A stretch of DNA of 64,000 nucleotides from Occultella glacieicola. GTDB taxonomy: Bacteria; Actinomycetota; Actinomycetes; Actinomycetales; Beutenbergiaceae. A model generated the notes under the pieces. That model was not told the DNA's origin, did not search any database, and saw nothing but the letters and a program-made list of their open reading frames with translations. A program made the translations under genes and the position numbers. The stretch spans positions 1-64,000 of the forward strand of contig NZ_SMNA01000010.1 of NCBI RefSeq assembly GCF_004353825.1, read 5' to 3'. Every line of letters starts with the position of its first letter. The stretch's first letter is position 1. This document shows, piece after piece, positions 1 to 8,851 of this stretch.

Positions 1-121
1 CGGCCTCGGCCGCCGCGAGCGCCGCCCGGGCCGCCGCGGCGCGGGCCTCGGCGGCCTCGGCCTCCGCCTGGGCGGCCGCGGCCCGGAGGGCGGCGAGATC
101 CGGTGTCGCGTTCTCGCTCAT
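1..121 (-). CDS. 5' part of a gene running off the left edge (Ala/Glu-rich N-terminus MSENATPDLAALRAAAAQAEAEAAEAR...); product unknown
   Basis: Minus-strand ATG at 121-119, open to the window edge, high GC3 codons; TAGTCT -10 box (135-130) 8 nt upstream. Confidence 0.65.
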   Translation of the reverse strand, partial: MSENATPDLAALRAAAAQAEAEAAEARAAAARAALAAAEA

Positions 122-350
122 GGGACCACAGACTAGGGCGGACCGCCCCGCCCCGACACCGTTGCCAGGACCGATCGGGACCCAACCGGACGGATCGAGT
201 TATCCCGGACCGGACCGGATCGAGCGTCGACCGGCGTCGGCGGCTTCGTCCGGGGCGACCCGGTCCACAGACCCGGCGGGATGCCGGACGTTCCCCAACC
301 GTGACCGTGGCCCGGCCGGGCCCGGTCCGCACGTTCTAGCGTCCTTCGGT

Positions 351-1397
351 GTGGAGCGTCGAGGTACCGAGCCGCGGGATCGGCTGCGGCGCGTGCTCCG
401 GGTGGCCTACGCCGTGCCCGACAGCACGGCCGACAGCACGCCCGACATCGCATTCGGCACAGCACCGGCCGGGGTGGCCGAGGAGCCGGGACGTGCCCGC
501 GACGAACCGGGTGGGCGGCCGGCCGCAGTCGCGGACCCGTGGGCACGGGACGACTCAGCGGACTCGGACGATTCGGACCACTCCGACCGCTCAGGTGGGC
601 GCGCCGGCGGATCCACGACGCCGCGCCCGAACGACCGCGGCCGCTCTCCGGCGCCCCTCGCGCGACCGCGGGCCGGCGGCTCACGAAGCCGCTTGGCCAT
701 GCCCACCTCGATGGCGGCCCGGGTCGGGATCGCGGTGGTCGTCCTGGCCCTGATCGCGCTCGTCATCGTCTGGCCCCGGGACTCGAGCGAGCCGCCGCTG
801 CCGCCGCTCGCAACACCCTCCGCCCCGGATCCGGCCGGTCCCGCCGCCGCGCCGGAGGGCGCCACCGGGCCCGAGACCTCCGTGCCCGGCACCGGCGGCA
901 CCGGCGATGCTGGGGCTGCCGACGAGACCCTTGGAACCCTCGTGATCCACGTGGCCGGAGCCGTCTCCTCGCCCGGGGTGTACGACCTGACGGCCGGCTC
1001 CCGGGTCAACGACGCCGTCCTCGCGGCGGGCGGCCCCACCTCCGACGCCGACCTCGACGCCGTGAACCTCGCCGGCTGGCTGCAGGACGGGCAGCAGGTG
1101 TACGTGCCGGTCCTGGGGGAGACGCTGCCGCCCGCGGCCGTGGGCGCCCCTGACCCGGCCGGGACCGCCGACGGTCCCGACACTGCCGGCCCTGCCGGCA
1201 CGATCGGCCCCGTCGACCTGAACACGGCGACTGCGGCCGAGCTCGAGACGCTGCCCGGCATCGGACCCGCCCTCGCCCAGCGGATCCTCGACCACCGCAG
1301 CGAGAACGGCGGCTTCACCAGCATCGACCAGCTGGACGACGTCTCCGGGATCGGACCGGCGACGATGGAGCGGCTGCGTGACCTGGTGACGGTGTGA
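351..1397 (+). CDS. comEA: ComEA family DNA-binding protein (TM + SLBB + helix-hairpin-helix)
   Basis: VIHVAGAVSSPGVY SLBB motif and VDLNTATAAELETLPGIGP HhH. Start moved from 120 to GTG 351, 8 nt after TAGCGT (337-342); start uncertain. Confidence 0.9.
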   Translation: MERRGTEPRDRLRRVLRVAYAVPDSTADSTPDIAFGTAPAGVAEEPGRARDEPGGRPAAVADPWARDDSADSDDSDHSDRSGGRAGGSTTPRPNDRGRSPAPLARPRAGGSRSRLAMPTSMAARVGIAVVVLALIALVIVWPRDSSEPPLPPLATPSAPDPAGPAAAPEGATGPETSVPGTGGTGDAGAADETLGTLVIHVAGAVSSPGVYDLTAGSRVNDAVLAAGGPTSDADLDAVNLAGWLQDGQQVYVPVLGETLPPAAVGAPDPAGTADGPDTAGPAGTIGPVDLNTATAAELETLPGIGPALAQRILDHRSENGGFTSIDQLDDVSGIGPATMERLRDLVTV

Positions 1398-2890
1398 GGA
1401 CCCCTCTCGACCTGCGCCTGCTGCCCGCGGCCGCGCTCGCCTGGGCCGGGAGCTGGCTGGTGCTGGTCGTCCCACCCGTGGCCGCGACCGCCGTGGTGCT
1501 CGGCCTGCTCGTCTGCACCCTCGGGTGCCTGCACCGGCTCGGCCGCCGCCACCGGGCGAGGCACCGGTTCACCCCGCGGGAGCGGGTGCTGGCTGCGGTG
1601 GCCCTCGGCTGCCTGGTCGGGGCCGCGGTCCTCGGTCTCGCGGCCCCGCGGGTCGCTGCACGTGCGGCCGCGGTCGCCCCGGTGGTGGGGGAGCGCGGCG
1701 TGGCCACCCTCGTGATCGGTGGTGAGCCGCAGGAACTCCCGGGATGGTCCGGGGCGAGCCTGCGGGTGCCGGCCACGCTCGTCGAGGCGAACCTGCCCGG
1801 CGGACGGTACGCGCTCGCGGTCCCGGTGACCGTCATTGCGGGGGAGGGCTGGGAGAACCTGCCGGTGGGCGGCCGGATCCGCACCGACGCACGGTTCGCG
1901 GCCACCGATGCCGGAGACGCCGCGGCGCTCCTCGTGATCGCCGACGGCGCCGGGGTCTCCGAGCGTGCCCCGCCCTGGTGGCAGGCGCGGGTCGGTGACC
2001 TCAGGGCCGGACTCGTCGCCGCCAGTGCCGGCCTCGCCCCGCAGGCCCGCGGCCTCGTGCCCGGTATCACCCTGGGCGACGTCCGAGCGCTCCCGGTGCC
2101 GCTGGAGGAGGACCTCCGCACGGTCGCGCTGACCCACGTCACGGCCGTCTCCGGTGCTCACGTGGCGATCATCCTGGGCACGGTCCTGCTCGCCGTGTGG
2201 TGGGCGCCCCGGTGGCTGCGGGTCGGCATCGGGGCCGTCGTCCTGGTCGCGTTCGTGGCCCTCGTCTACCCCAGCGGTAGCGTGCTGCGGGCGGCCACCA
2301 TGGGTGGTCTCATGCTGCTGGGTCTCGCGCTGCGTCGACCGCGCGCGGCCCTGCCGGCACTCTGGGTCGCGATCGTCGCACTGTTGGTCGCGGACCCCTG
2401 GATCGCTCGGTCGTACGGCTTCGTGCTCTCCGCCGTCGCCACCGGCGGGTTGCTGCTGTGGGCCGGCCCGCTCGCGGGCGTGCTCGCGCGCTATCTCCCG
2501 CGGCCACTCGCACTGGCGGTCGCGGTGCCGATCGCGGCCCAGGCGGCGTGCGCTCCGATCATCGTGCTGCTGCAGCCCGGGGTGGCGCTCTACGCGGTGC
2601 CGGCCAACCTGCTGGCGGCCGCCGCGGTGCCACCTGCGACGGTGCTCGGGGTGGTGGCGACCCTGACCGCGCCGGTGAGTCCCGTCGTCGCCGCGGTGCT
2701 CGCCGGCTGGGCGGGCTGGTGCACCGCCTGGATCGCGGCCGTCGCGACGTGGGCGGCATCACTCCCGTCGGCCACCGTGCCCTGGCCCGGCGGCCTGGGT
2801 GGCGCGCTCCTGCTCGCGGTGCTCACCGGCCTGGTCCTCACCGCCGCGATCCGACGCTTGAGGGGCGGGTCCGGCGCTCGCGCGCCCTGA
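1394..2890 (+). CDS. comEC: ComEC/Rec2 competence membrane protein, short form without C-terminal MBL domain
   Basis: LTHVTAVSGAHV, SVLRAA and SYGFVLS Competence-domain motifs; GTGA overlap with comEA. Confidence 0.9.
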   Translation: MRTPLDLRLLPAAALAWAGSWLVLVVPPVAATAVVLGLLVCTLGCLHRLGRRHRARHRFTPRERVLAAVALGCLVGAAVLGLAAPRVAARAAAVAPVVGERGVATLVIGGEPQELPGWSGASLRVPATLVEANLPGGRYALAVPVTVIAGEGWENLPVGGRIRTDARFAATDAGDAAALLVIADGAGVSERAPPWWQARVGDLRAGLVAASAGLAPQARGLVPGITLGDVRALPVPLEEDLRTVALTHVTAVSGAHVAIILGTVLLAVWWAPRWLRVGIGAVVLVAFVALVYPSGSVLRAATMGGLMLLGLALRRPRAALPALWVAIVALLVADPWIARSYGFVLSAVATGGLLLWAGPLAGVLARYLPRPLALAVAVPIAAQAACAPIIVLLQPGVALYAVPANLLAAAAVPPATVLGVVATLTAPVSPVVAAVLAGWAGWCTAWIAAVATWAASLPSATVPWPGGLGGALLLAVLTGLVLTAAIRRLRGGSGARAP

Positions 2891-2929
2891 CGTGCCGTGC
2901 CTGTCGGCCGGTCGTGGCAGGCTTGGCCC

Positions 2930-3943
2930 GTGCCTCCCGCTCGTCGTCGTCCCAGCGCTCCCACCGGTCCCACCTGGCAGGACGTCCCGCTCGCCCCCGT
3001 GGTACTGGTGCGCGGCCAGGAGACCGTGCTGGCGGACCGGGCGGTGGCCCGGATCGCCACCCTCGTGCGCGAGCACGGAGGTGACTACGAGCAGACGGTG
3101 CTGGAGGCGGCCACCTACGAGCGCGGCCAGCTCGAGACGATCGCCAGTCCGTCGCTGTTCGGCGAGCACCGGCACATCGTGGTGAACGGCCTCGAGGCGA
3201 TGTCGGACGCGTTCCTCGACGACGCCCTCGCCTACGTCGGCACGGCCGGCCCGGAGGTCACCGACGTCACGCTGGTGCTGCGTCACGAGAAGGGGACCCG
3301 CGGCAAGAAGCTCCTCGACGCGGTCGCCAAGGCCTCCTACCCGGTGGTCACCTGTGAGGCGATCAAGCGTGATGCGGACAAGGTCGCGTTCGCGGCGGCG
3401 GAGTTCCGCACCGCTGGGCGCAAGGCCACGAACACCGCGGTCCAGGCCCTCGTCGAGGCCCTCGGCTCCGACCTGCGTGAACTGGCGTCCGCGTGCCAGC
3501 AGCTCATCGCGGACACCAGCTCCACGATCACTCCGGACGTGGTGCAGCGGTACTACGGCGGTCGGGTCGAGGCCACCGGCTTCCGGGTCGCGGACACCGC
3601 GATCGCCGGCCACAGTGCCGAGGCCGTCACCCTGCTGCGGCACGCCCTGGAGACCGGGGTGGACCCGGTCCCGCTGGTGGCGGCGCTCGCGGTCAAGCTG
3701 CGCACCCTGGCCAAGGTGGCCGCGATGCGGGGCCGAGGCGGGGCCAGCGCATCGGACCTGGGCCTGGCACCCTGGCAGGTCGACCGGGCCCGTCGGGAAC
3801 TGAGCGGCTGGACGCCCGAAGGGCTGGCGCGCGCGATCACGGCCGTGGCCGACGCGGACGCCGAGGTCAAGGGCGAGGGCCGGGACGCCGAGTTCGCCGT
3901 CGAACGTGCCGTGCTCCGGGTCGCGGGCGCACGCGGCCACTAG
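2930..3943 (+). CDS. holA: DNA polymerase III delta subunit
   Basis: SPSLFGE, LGSDLREL, LGLAPWQV motifs; usual position after comEC; start set at GTG 2930. Confidence 0.92.
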   Translation: MPPARRRPSAPTGPTWQDVPLAPVVLVRGQETVLADRAVARIATLVREHGGDYEQTVLEAATYERGQLETIASPSLFGEHRHIVVNGLEAMSDAFLDDALAYVGTAGPEVTDVTLVLRHEKGTRGKKLLDAVAKASYPVVTCEAIKRDADKVAFAAAEFRTAGRKATNTAVQALVEALGSDLRELASACQQLIADTSSTITPDVVQRYYGGRVEATGFRVADTAIAGHSAEAVTLLRHALETGVDPVPLVAALAVKLRTLAKVAAMRGRGGASASDLGLAPWQVDRARRELSGWTPEGLARAITAVADADAEVKGEGRDAEFAVERAVLRVAGARGH

Positions 3944-4001
3944 GCACGCCGTGACGCCCCGGTAGACCGCCGTCGGACCGGAATCTGCCTACGATGCGGC
4001 A

Positions 4002-4967
4002 ATGCATCCAGCCGGACTGTCCCTCCTGTGGGAGGACGGCCACCCGCCGGACTCCCTCCGCACCCGCTTCGGTTTCACGGACCTCGACGACGTCGCCGCC
4101 TGGCTGAGTGACGTCCTGCGCCGGCACTGGGGCATCACCGTGGCGCGCTGCGAGCGGGTGGTGATCAGCGCCCACAACGCGATCGCGTGGCTGGACACCA
4201 GTGCCGGCCCGCTGGTGGTCAAGATCGGCGCGCACGCCCCGGCGTTCGAGCGGCTGGCGGCGATCGCCGACGTGCTGGCCGGACTCGAAGCGGCGGGTGT
4301 TCCGGTGGCCGCGCCGTTGCCGTCGCGCGGGGGTGAGCGTCGGATCGTCGCGCACGCCGACCGCCCGCTGTCCGTGGTGGTGCAGCCGCTGGTCGACGGC
4401 GAACTTCTCGACCCCACGGACGTGACGGCGGTGCGCGCCGCCGGGGCCGAGCTCGCGCGCTTGCACCTCGCGGCCTCGGCCCTTCCGGCCGGTGCGATCG
4501 CTGCGGACCCGTGCCTGCCGGAGCCGGACCCGCGTCGCCGGCTCGCGAACGGGCCGTCGGCCGCCGGGCGGGCACCGCGCGCGAGCGCCCGACTGGCGGA
4601 CCTGCTCGAAGGGCTCCCCGATCTCGATTCCGCCCCGCAGCTCATCCACAGCGACTACCGCAGCACGAACATCCTGATGGCCGGGCCGAGGGTGGCCGTG
4701 ATCCTGGACTTCGACGAGATGATGGTGGACCACCGCGTCTATGACGTGGCCCGGGCGGTCGTCAACCTGGCCACCCGGTTCCGGACCTGGCGGCCGACCA
4801 CACCCGCCACGCGGGAGAGCTTCCTCGCCGGCTACCGCACCATCGCGCCGTTCACGGAGCGCGAGGAGGGCTGGCTCGAGGCGTTCACGCTCTGGTTCGG
4901 CCTCGGTTCCGTGCCTGCTGGTGACGACCCGGACGGCTGGGCCGCCGCGGTGGAGCACGGTCTCTGA
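4002..4967 (+). CDS. APH / homoserine kinase type II-like phosphotransferase
   Basis: LIHSDYRSTNIL and ILDFDE kinase-like motifs; TACGAT -10 box 6 nt before ATG. Confidence 0.8.
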   Translation: MHPAGLSLLWEDGHPPDSLRTRFGFTDLDDVAAWLSDVLRRHWGITVARCERVVISAHNAIAWLDTSAGPLVVKIGAHAPAFERLAAIADVLAGLEAAGVPVAAPLPSRGGERRIVAHADRPLSVVVQPLVDGELLDPTDVTAVRAAGAELARLHLAASALPAGAIAADPCLPEPDPRRRLANGPSAAGRAPRASARLADLLEGLPDLDSAPQLIHSDYRSTNILMAGPRVAVILDFDEMMVDHRVYDVARAVVNLATRFRTWRPTTPATRESFLAGYRTIAPFTEREEGWLEAFTLWFGLGSVPAGDDPDGWAAAVEHGL

Positions 4968-5144
4968 ACACCGCGTCACCGGACCCGCCCGATCGGCCAA
5001 CCCGTCGCTGGCGACGCCGGGCGGTCGACCTGACGTGACTCGACGCACGCACGGAGAGCGGGATGCCGACTTGCCACCTGTTCGTCACCTCCCGGCCGTG
5101 GCGTCTTGGCAGGTTCGTCACCCCCGCCCGGGACCGTGGGAGCC

Positions 5145-6269
5145 GTGAGAGTCGCAGTGGTGACCGAGTCCTTCCTGCCGAGCGTCAACGGCGTCACGAC
5201 CAGCGTCCTGCGGGTGCTGGACCACCTCGCCGCCCGCGGCCACCAGGCGGTCGTCGTGTGTCCCGGCCCCGCACCTTCGACGTACGCCGGGTTCCAGGTG
5301 CGCGAGTGCGCGGGCGTGGACTTCCAGGGATTCCGCGCCGCCGTGCCGAACCGTCGCCTCGTCAAGGCCGTCCTCGACCTGGCGCCGGACGTGCTGCACG
5401 CCGCGGCGCCGTTCGGCATCGGCGCCCAGGCGCTCACCCTGGCCAGGAGGCAGGGGATCCCGAGCGTGGCGGTCTTCCAGACGGACCTGGCCGGCTACAC
5501 ACGCCGGTACGGGCTGTCCCTGACCGCCCCCGCCGCGTGGCGATGGCTGCGCCGGGTGCACAACAGCGCCGACCTGACGCTCGCGCCGTCGACCGGGGCG
5601 CTCGCCGACCTCGCCACGGCGGGCATCGACCGGGCCCGATGGTGGGGGCGCGGGGTGGACGCCGGTACGTACCACCCGAACCGGCGCCACCTGGCGGAGG
5701 TCAAGGCCCTGCGGGCCCGGCTCGCGCCGGACGGGCAGGTGCTCGTCGGCTACGTGGGCAGACTGGCGCCCGAGAAACAGGTGGAGCGCCTCGCCGTCGC
5801 CGCCCGGATGCCCGGGGTCCGGCTGGTGCTCGTCGGCGCCGGTCCGAGCCGTCCGCTCCTGGAACGCGCCCTCGCCGGGACCGATGCCGTGCTGCTCGGC
5901 CGTCTCGACGGTGACGACCTCGCGAACGCGTACGCGGCCCTGGACGTGTTCGTGCACGCGGGTACCCAGGAGACCTTCGGGCAGACGCTCCAGGAGGCGG
6001 CGGCCGCCGGCCTTCCGGTCGTGGCCCCGGCCAGTGGCGGCCCGAAGGACATCGTCAAGCACGGTCACACCGGCTTCCTGGTCGCGCCGGACGACGACCG
6101 GGCGATCGCGGACGCCGTCGCCCTGCTCGCCGCCGACCCGGGCCTGCGCGCACGGATGGGGGAAGCGGGCCGGCGTGACGTGCTGCCGCGGTCCTGGACG
6201 GCGCTCGGCGACGCCCTGCTCGGCCACTACGAGGACGCGATCCGCGCTCGCGCGCTGCAGCCGGCCTGA
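5145..6269 (+). CDS. GT4 glycosyltransferase (MgtA/PimB-like lipid glycosyltransferase)
   Basis: VRVAVVTESFLPSVNGV N-terminus, YVGRLAPEK, ETFGQTLQEA (EX7E). Confidence 0.88.
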   Translation: MRVAVVTESFLPSVNGVTTSVLRVLDHLAARGHQAVVVCPGPAPSTYAGFQVRECAGVDFQGFRAAVPNRRLVKAVLDLAPDVLHAAAPFGIGAQALTLARRQGIPSVAVFQTDLAGYTRRYGLSLTAPAAWRWLRRVHNSADLTLAPSTGALADLATAGIDRARWWGRGVDAGTYHPNRRHLAEVKALRARLAPDGQVLVGYVGRLAPEKQVERLAVAARMPGVRLVLVGAGPSRPLLERALAGTDAVLLGRLDGDDLANAYAALDVFVHAGTQETFGQTLQEAAAAGLPVVAPASGGPKDIVKHGHTGFLVAPDDDRAIADAVALLAADPGLRARMGEAGRRDVLPRSWTALGDALLGHYEDAIRARALQPA

Positions 6270-6295
6270 GCCGGCCCGAGCACGCAACCACGAGA

Positions 6296-6329
6296 ACGGC
6301 GCCACACCCCGGAAGGGGAGTGGCGCCGT
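6296..6329. terminator. Hairpin terminator between convergent GT4 and rpsT
   Basis: ACGGCGCCAC-a-CCCC ggaa GGGG-a-GTGGCGCCGT stem. Confidence 0.8.
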
Positions 6330-6400
6330 CGGCGTCAGTGCTTGTCTGCTTGTCTGCTTTGTCTGGCTGACAAGCTCGCCCGCGACGCGGGCGGGGCGGC

Positions 6401-6661
6401 TCAGAGAGCCGCGACCTGCTTCGCCAGGGCTGACTTGCGGTTCGCGGCCTGGTTCTGGTGGATGACACCCTTGCTGACGGCCTTGTCCAGCTTGCGGGAG
6501 GCGTTCTTCAGCGCGTCGCCGGCCGCCTCCTTGTCGCCTGCGTCGACGGCCTCACGAACTCGACGCACGTGCGTCTTGAGCTCGGACTTCACGGCCTTGT
6601 TGCGAAGGCGCGCCTTCTCGTTCGTGCCGATCCGCTTGATCTGGGACTTGATGTTTGCCAC
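6401..6661 (-). CDS. rpsT: 30S ribosomal protein S20
   Basis: [10 protein letters not shown]...[14 protein letters not shown]. Confidence 0.99.
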   Translation of the reverse strand: MANIKSQIKRIGTNEKARLRNKAVKSELKTHVRRVREAVDAGDKEAAGDALKNASRKLDKAVSKGVIHQNQAANRKSALAKQVAAL

Positions 6662-6797
6662 GTGGACTCTCTTGTGTATTCGCTCGCGCGATCTGACGTC
6701 GGTGAGGGCTCTGGCCTGACCGGGACTGAGGCGTGGGGATACCTGCGACGGTCAGAGGGCGAGTCGCATGCCGAGGTGGCCGCAGACTCAGCGCACC

Positions 6798-6803
6798 AGT
6801 TTA
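6798..6803 (-). promoter_or_regulatory. Likely -10 box (TAAACT) of rpsT, implying a ~130 nt 5' UTR
   Basis: TANNNT in the rpsT upstream intergenic region. Confidence 0.55.
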
Positions 6804-6818
6804 CACGGATTCGGCCGA

Positions 6819-7409
6819 TCAGTGGCCATGCAGATCGTGGAGCGCGTCACTCACCCGGTCGTAGGTGCGTCGGTCCACGGCGGCGCCCTCGCGGCGGACC
6901 GCGTCCGCGGGAAGGAACAGCACCCGGTCCAGCCTCACCTCCGAGGGTCGGCCCCGGGAGTCCCAACCGCCGGAGCCGATGTCCAGCCACCGCCGGCCCC
7001 AGCGGGCCTCGTCCTCGGCGTCCCGGTCGTGGTCCTTCGAGGTGAGCTGCAGGCCGAGGAATCCCTGGTTGTGGCGGGTCAGGATCAGCACCGGCCGGTC
7101 CTTGCCGCGGCCGTCGTTCTCGTCGTAGGGCACCCACGCCCAGACGACCTCGCCGGGGTCGGCAGCTCCGTCGTCACTGGGGGAGTAGCGCAGCGGCGGC
7201 AGGCCGCGGCCGACCTCGAACTCCCGGGTCGTGTGCGGGTGCTCGGTCCGTTGCCCGGCGCCCCCACCGGATCCCGGCTCAGGCCTCGGGCGGGCGCCGG
7301 AGTTCCGGCGGACGGCGTCGCCGGAACCGCGTCGGCTGGTTCGGCGGGGCCGGAGCAGATCCCGGGCCACGGTCCCCGCCACCCGGAGGGCGCGATCGAG
7401 CAGGCTCAT
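6819..7409 (-). CDS. PemK/MazF-like domain protein (actinobacterial lepA/rpsT-linked family)
   Basis: PGEVVWAWVPYDENDGRGKDRPVLIL and SEVRLDRV motifs; TAGGCT -10 box 8 nt upstream. Confidence 0.82.
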   Translation of the reverse strand: MSLLDRALRVAGTVARDLLRPRRTSRRGSGDAVRRNSGARPRPEPGSGGGAGQRTEHPHTTREFEVGRGLPPLRYSPSDDGAADPGEVVWAWVPYDENDGRGKDRPVLILTRHNQGFLGLQLTSKDHDRDAEDEARWGRRWLDIGSGGWDSRGRPSEVRLDRVLFLPADAVRREGAAVDRRTYDRVSDALHDLHGH

Positions 7410-7451
7410 GCTCGGTGAGCCTAGCGGGGGCCCCCGGTGGAGCGGCGCTGC

Positions 7452-8639
7452 TCATGCGCGGAGCAGGAGCGCCTCCCCCTGGCCGCCACCGCCACAGAGC
7501 CCGACGGCGGCCCGCCCGGAGCCGCGACGCGCCAGCTCGTGTGCGGCGTGCACGACCAGACGCGCACCCGAGGAGCCGATCGGGTGGCCGAGTGCGATCG
7601 CACCGCCGTGGATGTTCACCCGCTCGGGGTCGACGCCGAGCTCGGCCTGCGAGCGGCACACCACCGCGGCGAACGCCTCGTTGATCTCGACGAGGTCCAG
7701 GTCCGACACGGTCCATCCGGCGCGGGTCAGGGCCGCGGCGATCGCGCGGGCCGGCTGGGAATGCAGCGAGTTGTCCGGCCCGGCCACCTGGCCGGCCGCG
7801 TCCACCACGGCGAGAGCGCCCAGGCCGTGCCGCTCGGCCTCCGCGCGGGAGGTCAGCACCACGGCCGCGGCGCCGTCGGTGAGCTGGGAGGAGTTGCCCG
7901 CCGTGATCGTGCCGTCGTCGGCGAACGCGGGCCGGAGCCGCGCCAGGACCTCCTCGGTGGTGTCCGGGCGTACTCCCTCATCGGCGTCGACCACGACCTC
8001 CCCCTTGCGACCGCGGATCGTCACCGGCGCGATCTCGGCGGCGAACACGCCGTCGGCCCGCGCTGCCACGGCGAGGCGGTGCGAGCGGGCGGCCAGGGCG
8101 TCCTGCTCGGCCCGGGTCAGCCCGAGCGTGGCATTGCCGCGTTCGGTGAGCGCCCCCATCGCATCGCCGTCGACGGCGTCGGTGAGGCCGTCGTGGGCGA
8201 GGTGGTCGACGGCGGTCCGGTCGCCGTAGACCCAGCCGGCCCGGGTGCCGGGGAGCAGGTGCGGCGCCTGGGACATGGACTCCATGCCGCCGGCCACCGC
8301 GACCGTCGCCTCGCCCGTGCGGATCAGCCGGGCCGCGTCGATGATCGCGGTCAGCCCCGACAGGCAGACCTTGTTGAGGGCGATGGCGTGCGCGCTCGGC
8401 GCGATGCCGGCCGCGAGGGCGGCCTGACGCGCCGGGTTCTGCCCGGCGCCGGCCTGCAGCACCTGGCCGAGCACGACGGCCTCGACGTCCGCGCCGGACA
8501 CTCCGGCTGCGGCCAGCGCGGCGGCGATGGCGTGGGCGCCGAGCGCGGTGCCGGGCAGGCTCGCGAGACCGCCGTTGATCCGGCCGTACGGGGTGCGCGC
8601 GGCACCCACGATCACGACGTCATCGGGGGAGGTGGGCAT
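7452..8639 (-). CDS. Acetyl-CoA C-acetyltransferase (thiolase)
   Basis: LNKVCLSG, EINEAFA, GHPIGSSG, CGGGGQG; AAGGAG RBS before ATG 8639. Confidence 0.93.
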   Translation of the reverse strand: MPTSPDDVVIVGAARTPYGRINGGLASLPGTALGAHAIAAALAAAGVSGADVEAVVLGQVLQAGAGQNPARQAALAAGIAPSAHAIALNKVCLSGLTAIIDAARLIRTGEATVAVAGGMESMSQAPHLLPGTRAGWVYGDRTAVDHLAHDGLTDAVDGDAMGALTERGNATLGLTRAEQDALAARSHRLAVAARADGVFAAEIAPVTIRGRKGEVVVDADEGVRPDTTEEVLARLRPAFADDGTITAGNSSQLTDGAAAVVLTSRAEAERHGLGALAVVDAAGQVAGPDNSLHSQPARAIAAALTRAGWTVSDLDLVEINEAFAAVVCRSQAELGVDPERVNIHGGAIALGHPIGSSGARLVVHAAHELARRGSGRAAVGLCGGGGQGEALLLRA

Positions 8640-8798
8640 CTGCGGCTCCTTCGGGCGATTCCTGACTTCCATTGTCACCCCACGGCCCGGCCGTGGCCCG
8701 CCTCGCGCGGCTCCCGACGTGGATGCCGCGCCGCCCGGTCCGCCGCGCCGGGACCGATCGACTTGACGCCGGAGGTCCGTGTGACACACCATACCTGC

Positions 8799-8820
8799 AA
8801 CCTGAGGCACCTCTCAGGTT
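8799..8820. promoter_or_regulatory. Candidate TetR operator, inverted repeat AACCTGAG-N6-CTCAGGTT
   Basis: Perfect 8-bp inverted repeat in the divergent promoter region of an operon that encodes a TetR. Confidence 0.6.
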
Positions 8821-8851
8821 CTCGATCACGAAGATGTGAGAGGTAGGGCCC

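Noticed and set aside
120..350. ORF-track N-terminal extension of comEA
   Set aside because: Overlaps the divergent gene start and promoter region; a better -10/GTG pair lies at 337-353
6722..6730. GGGACTGAG match to a 16S rRNA segment in the rpsT leader
   Set aside because: About one or two 9-mer matches are expected by chance between ~150 nt and a 1.5-kb rRNA on both strands
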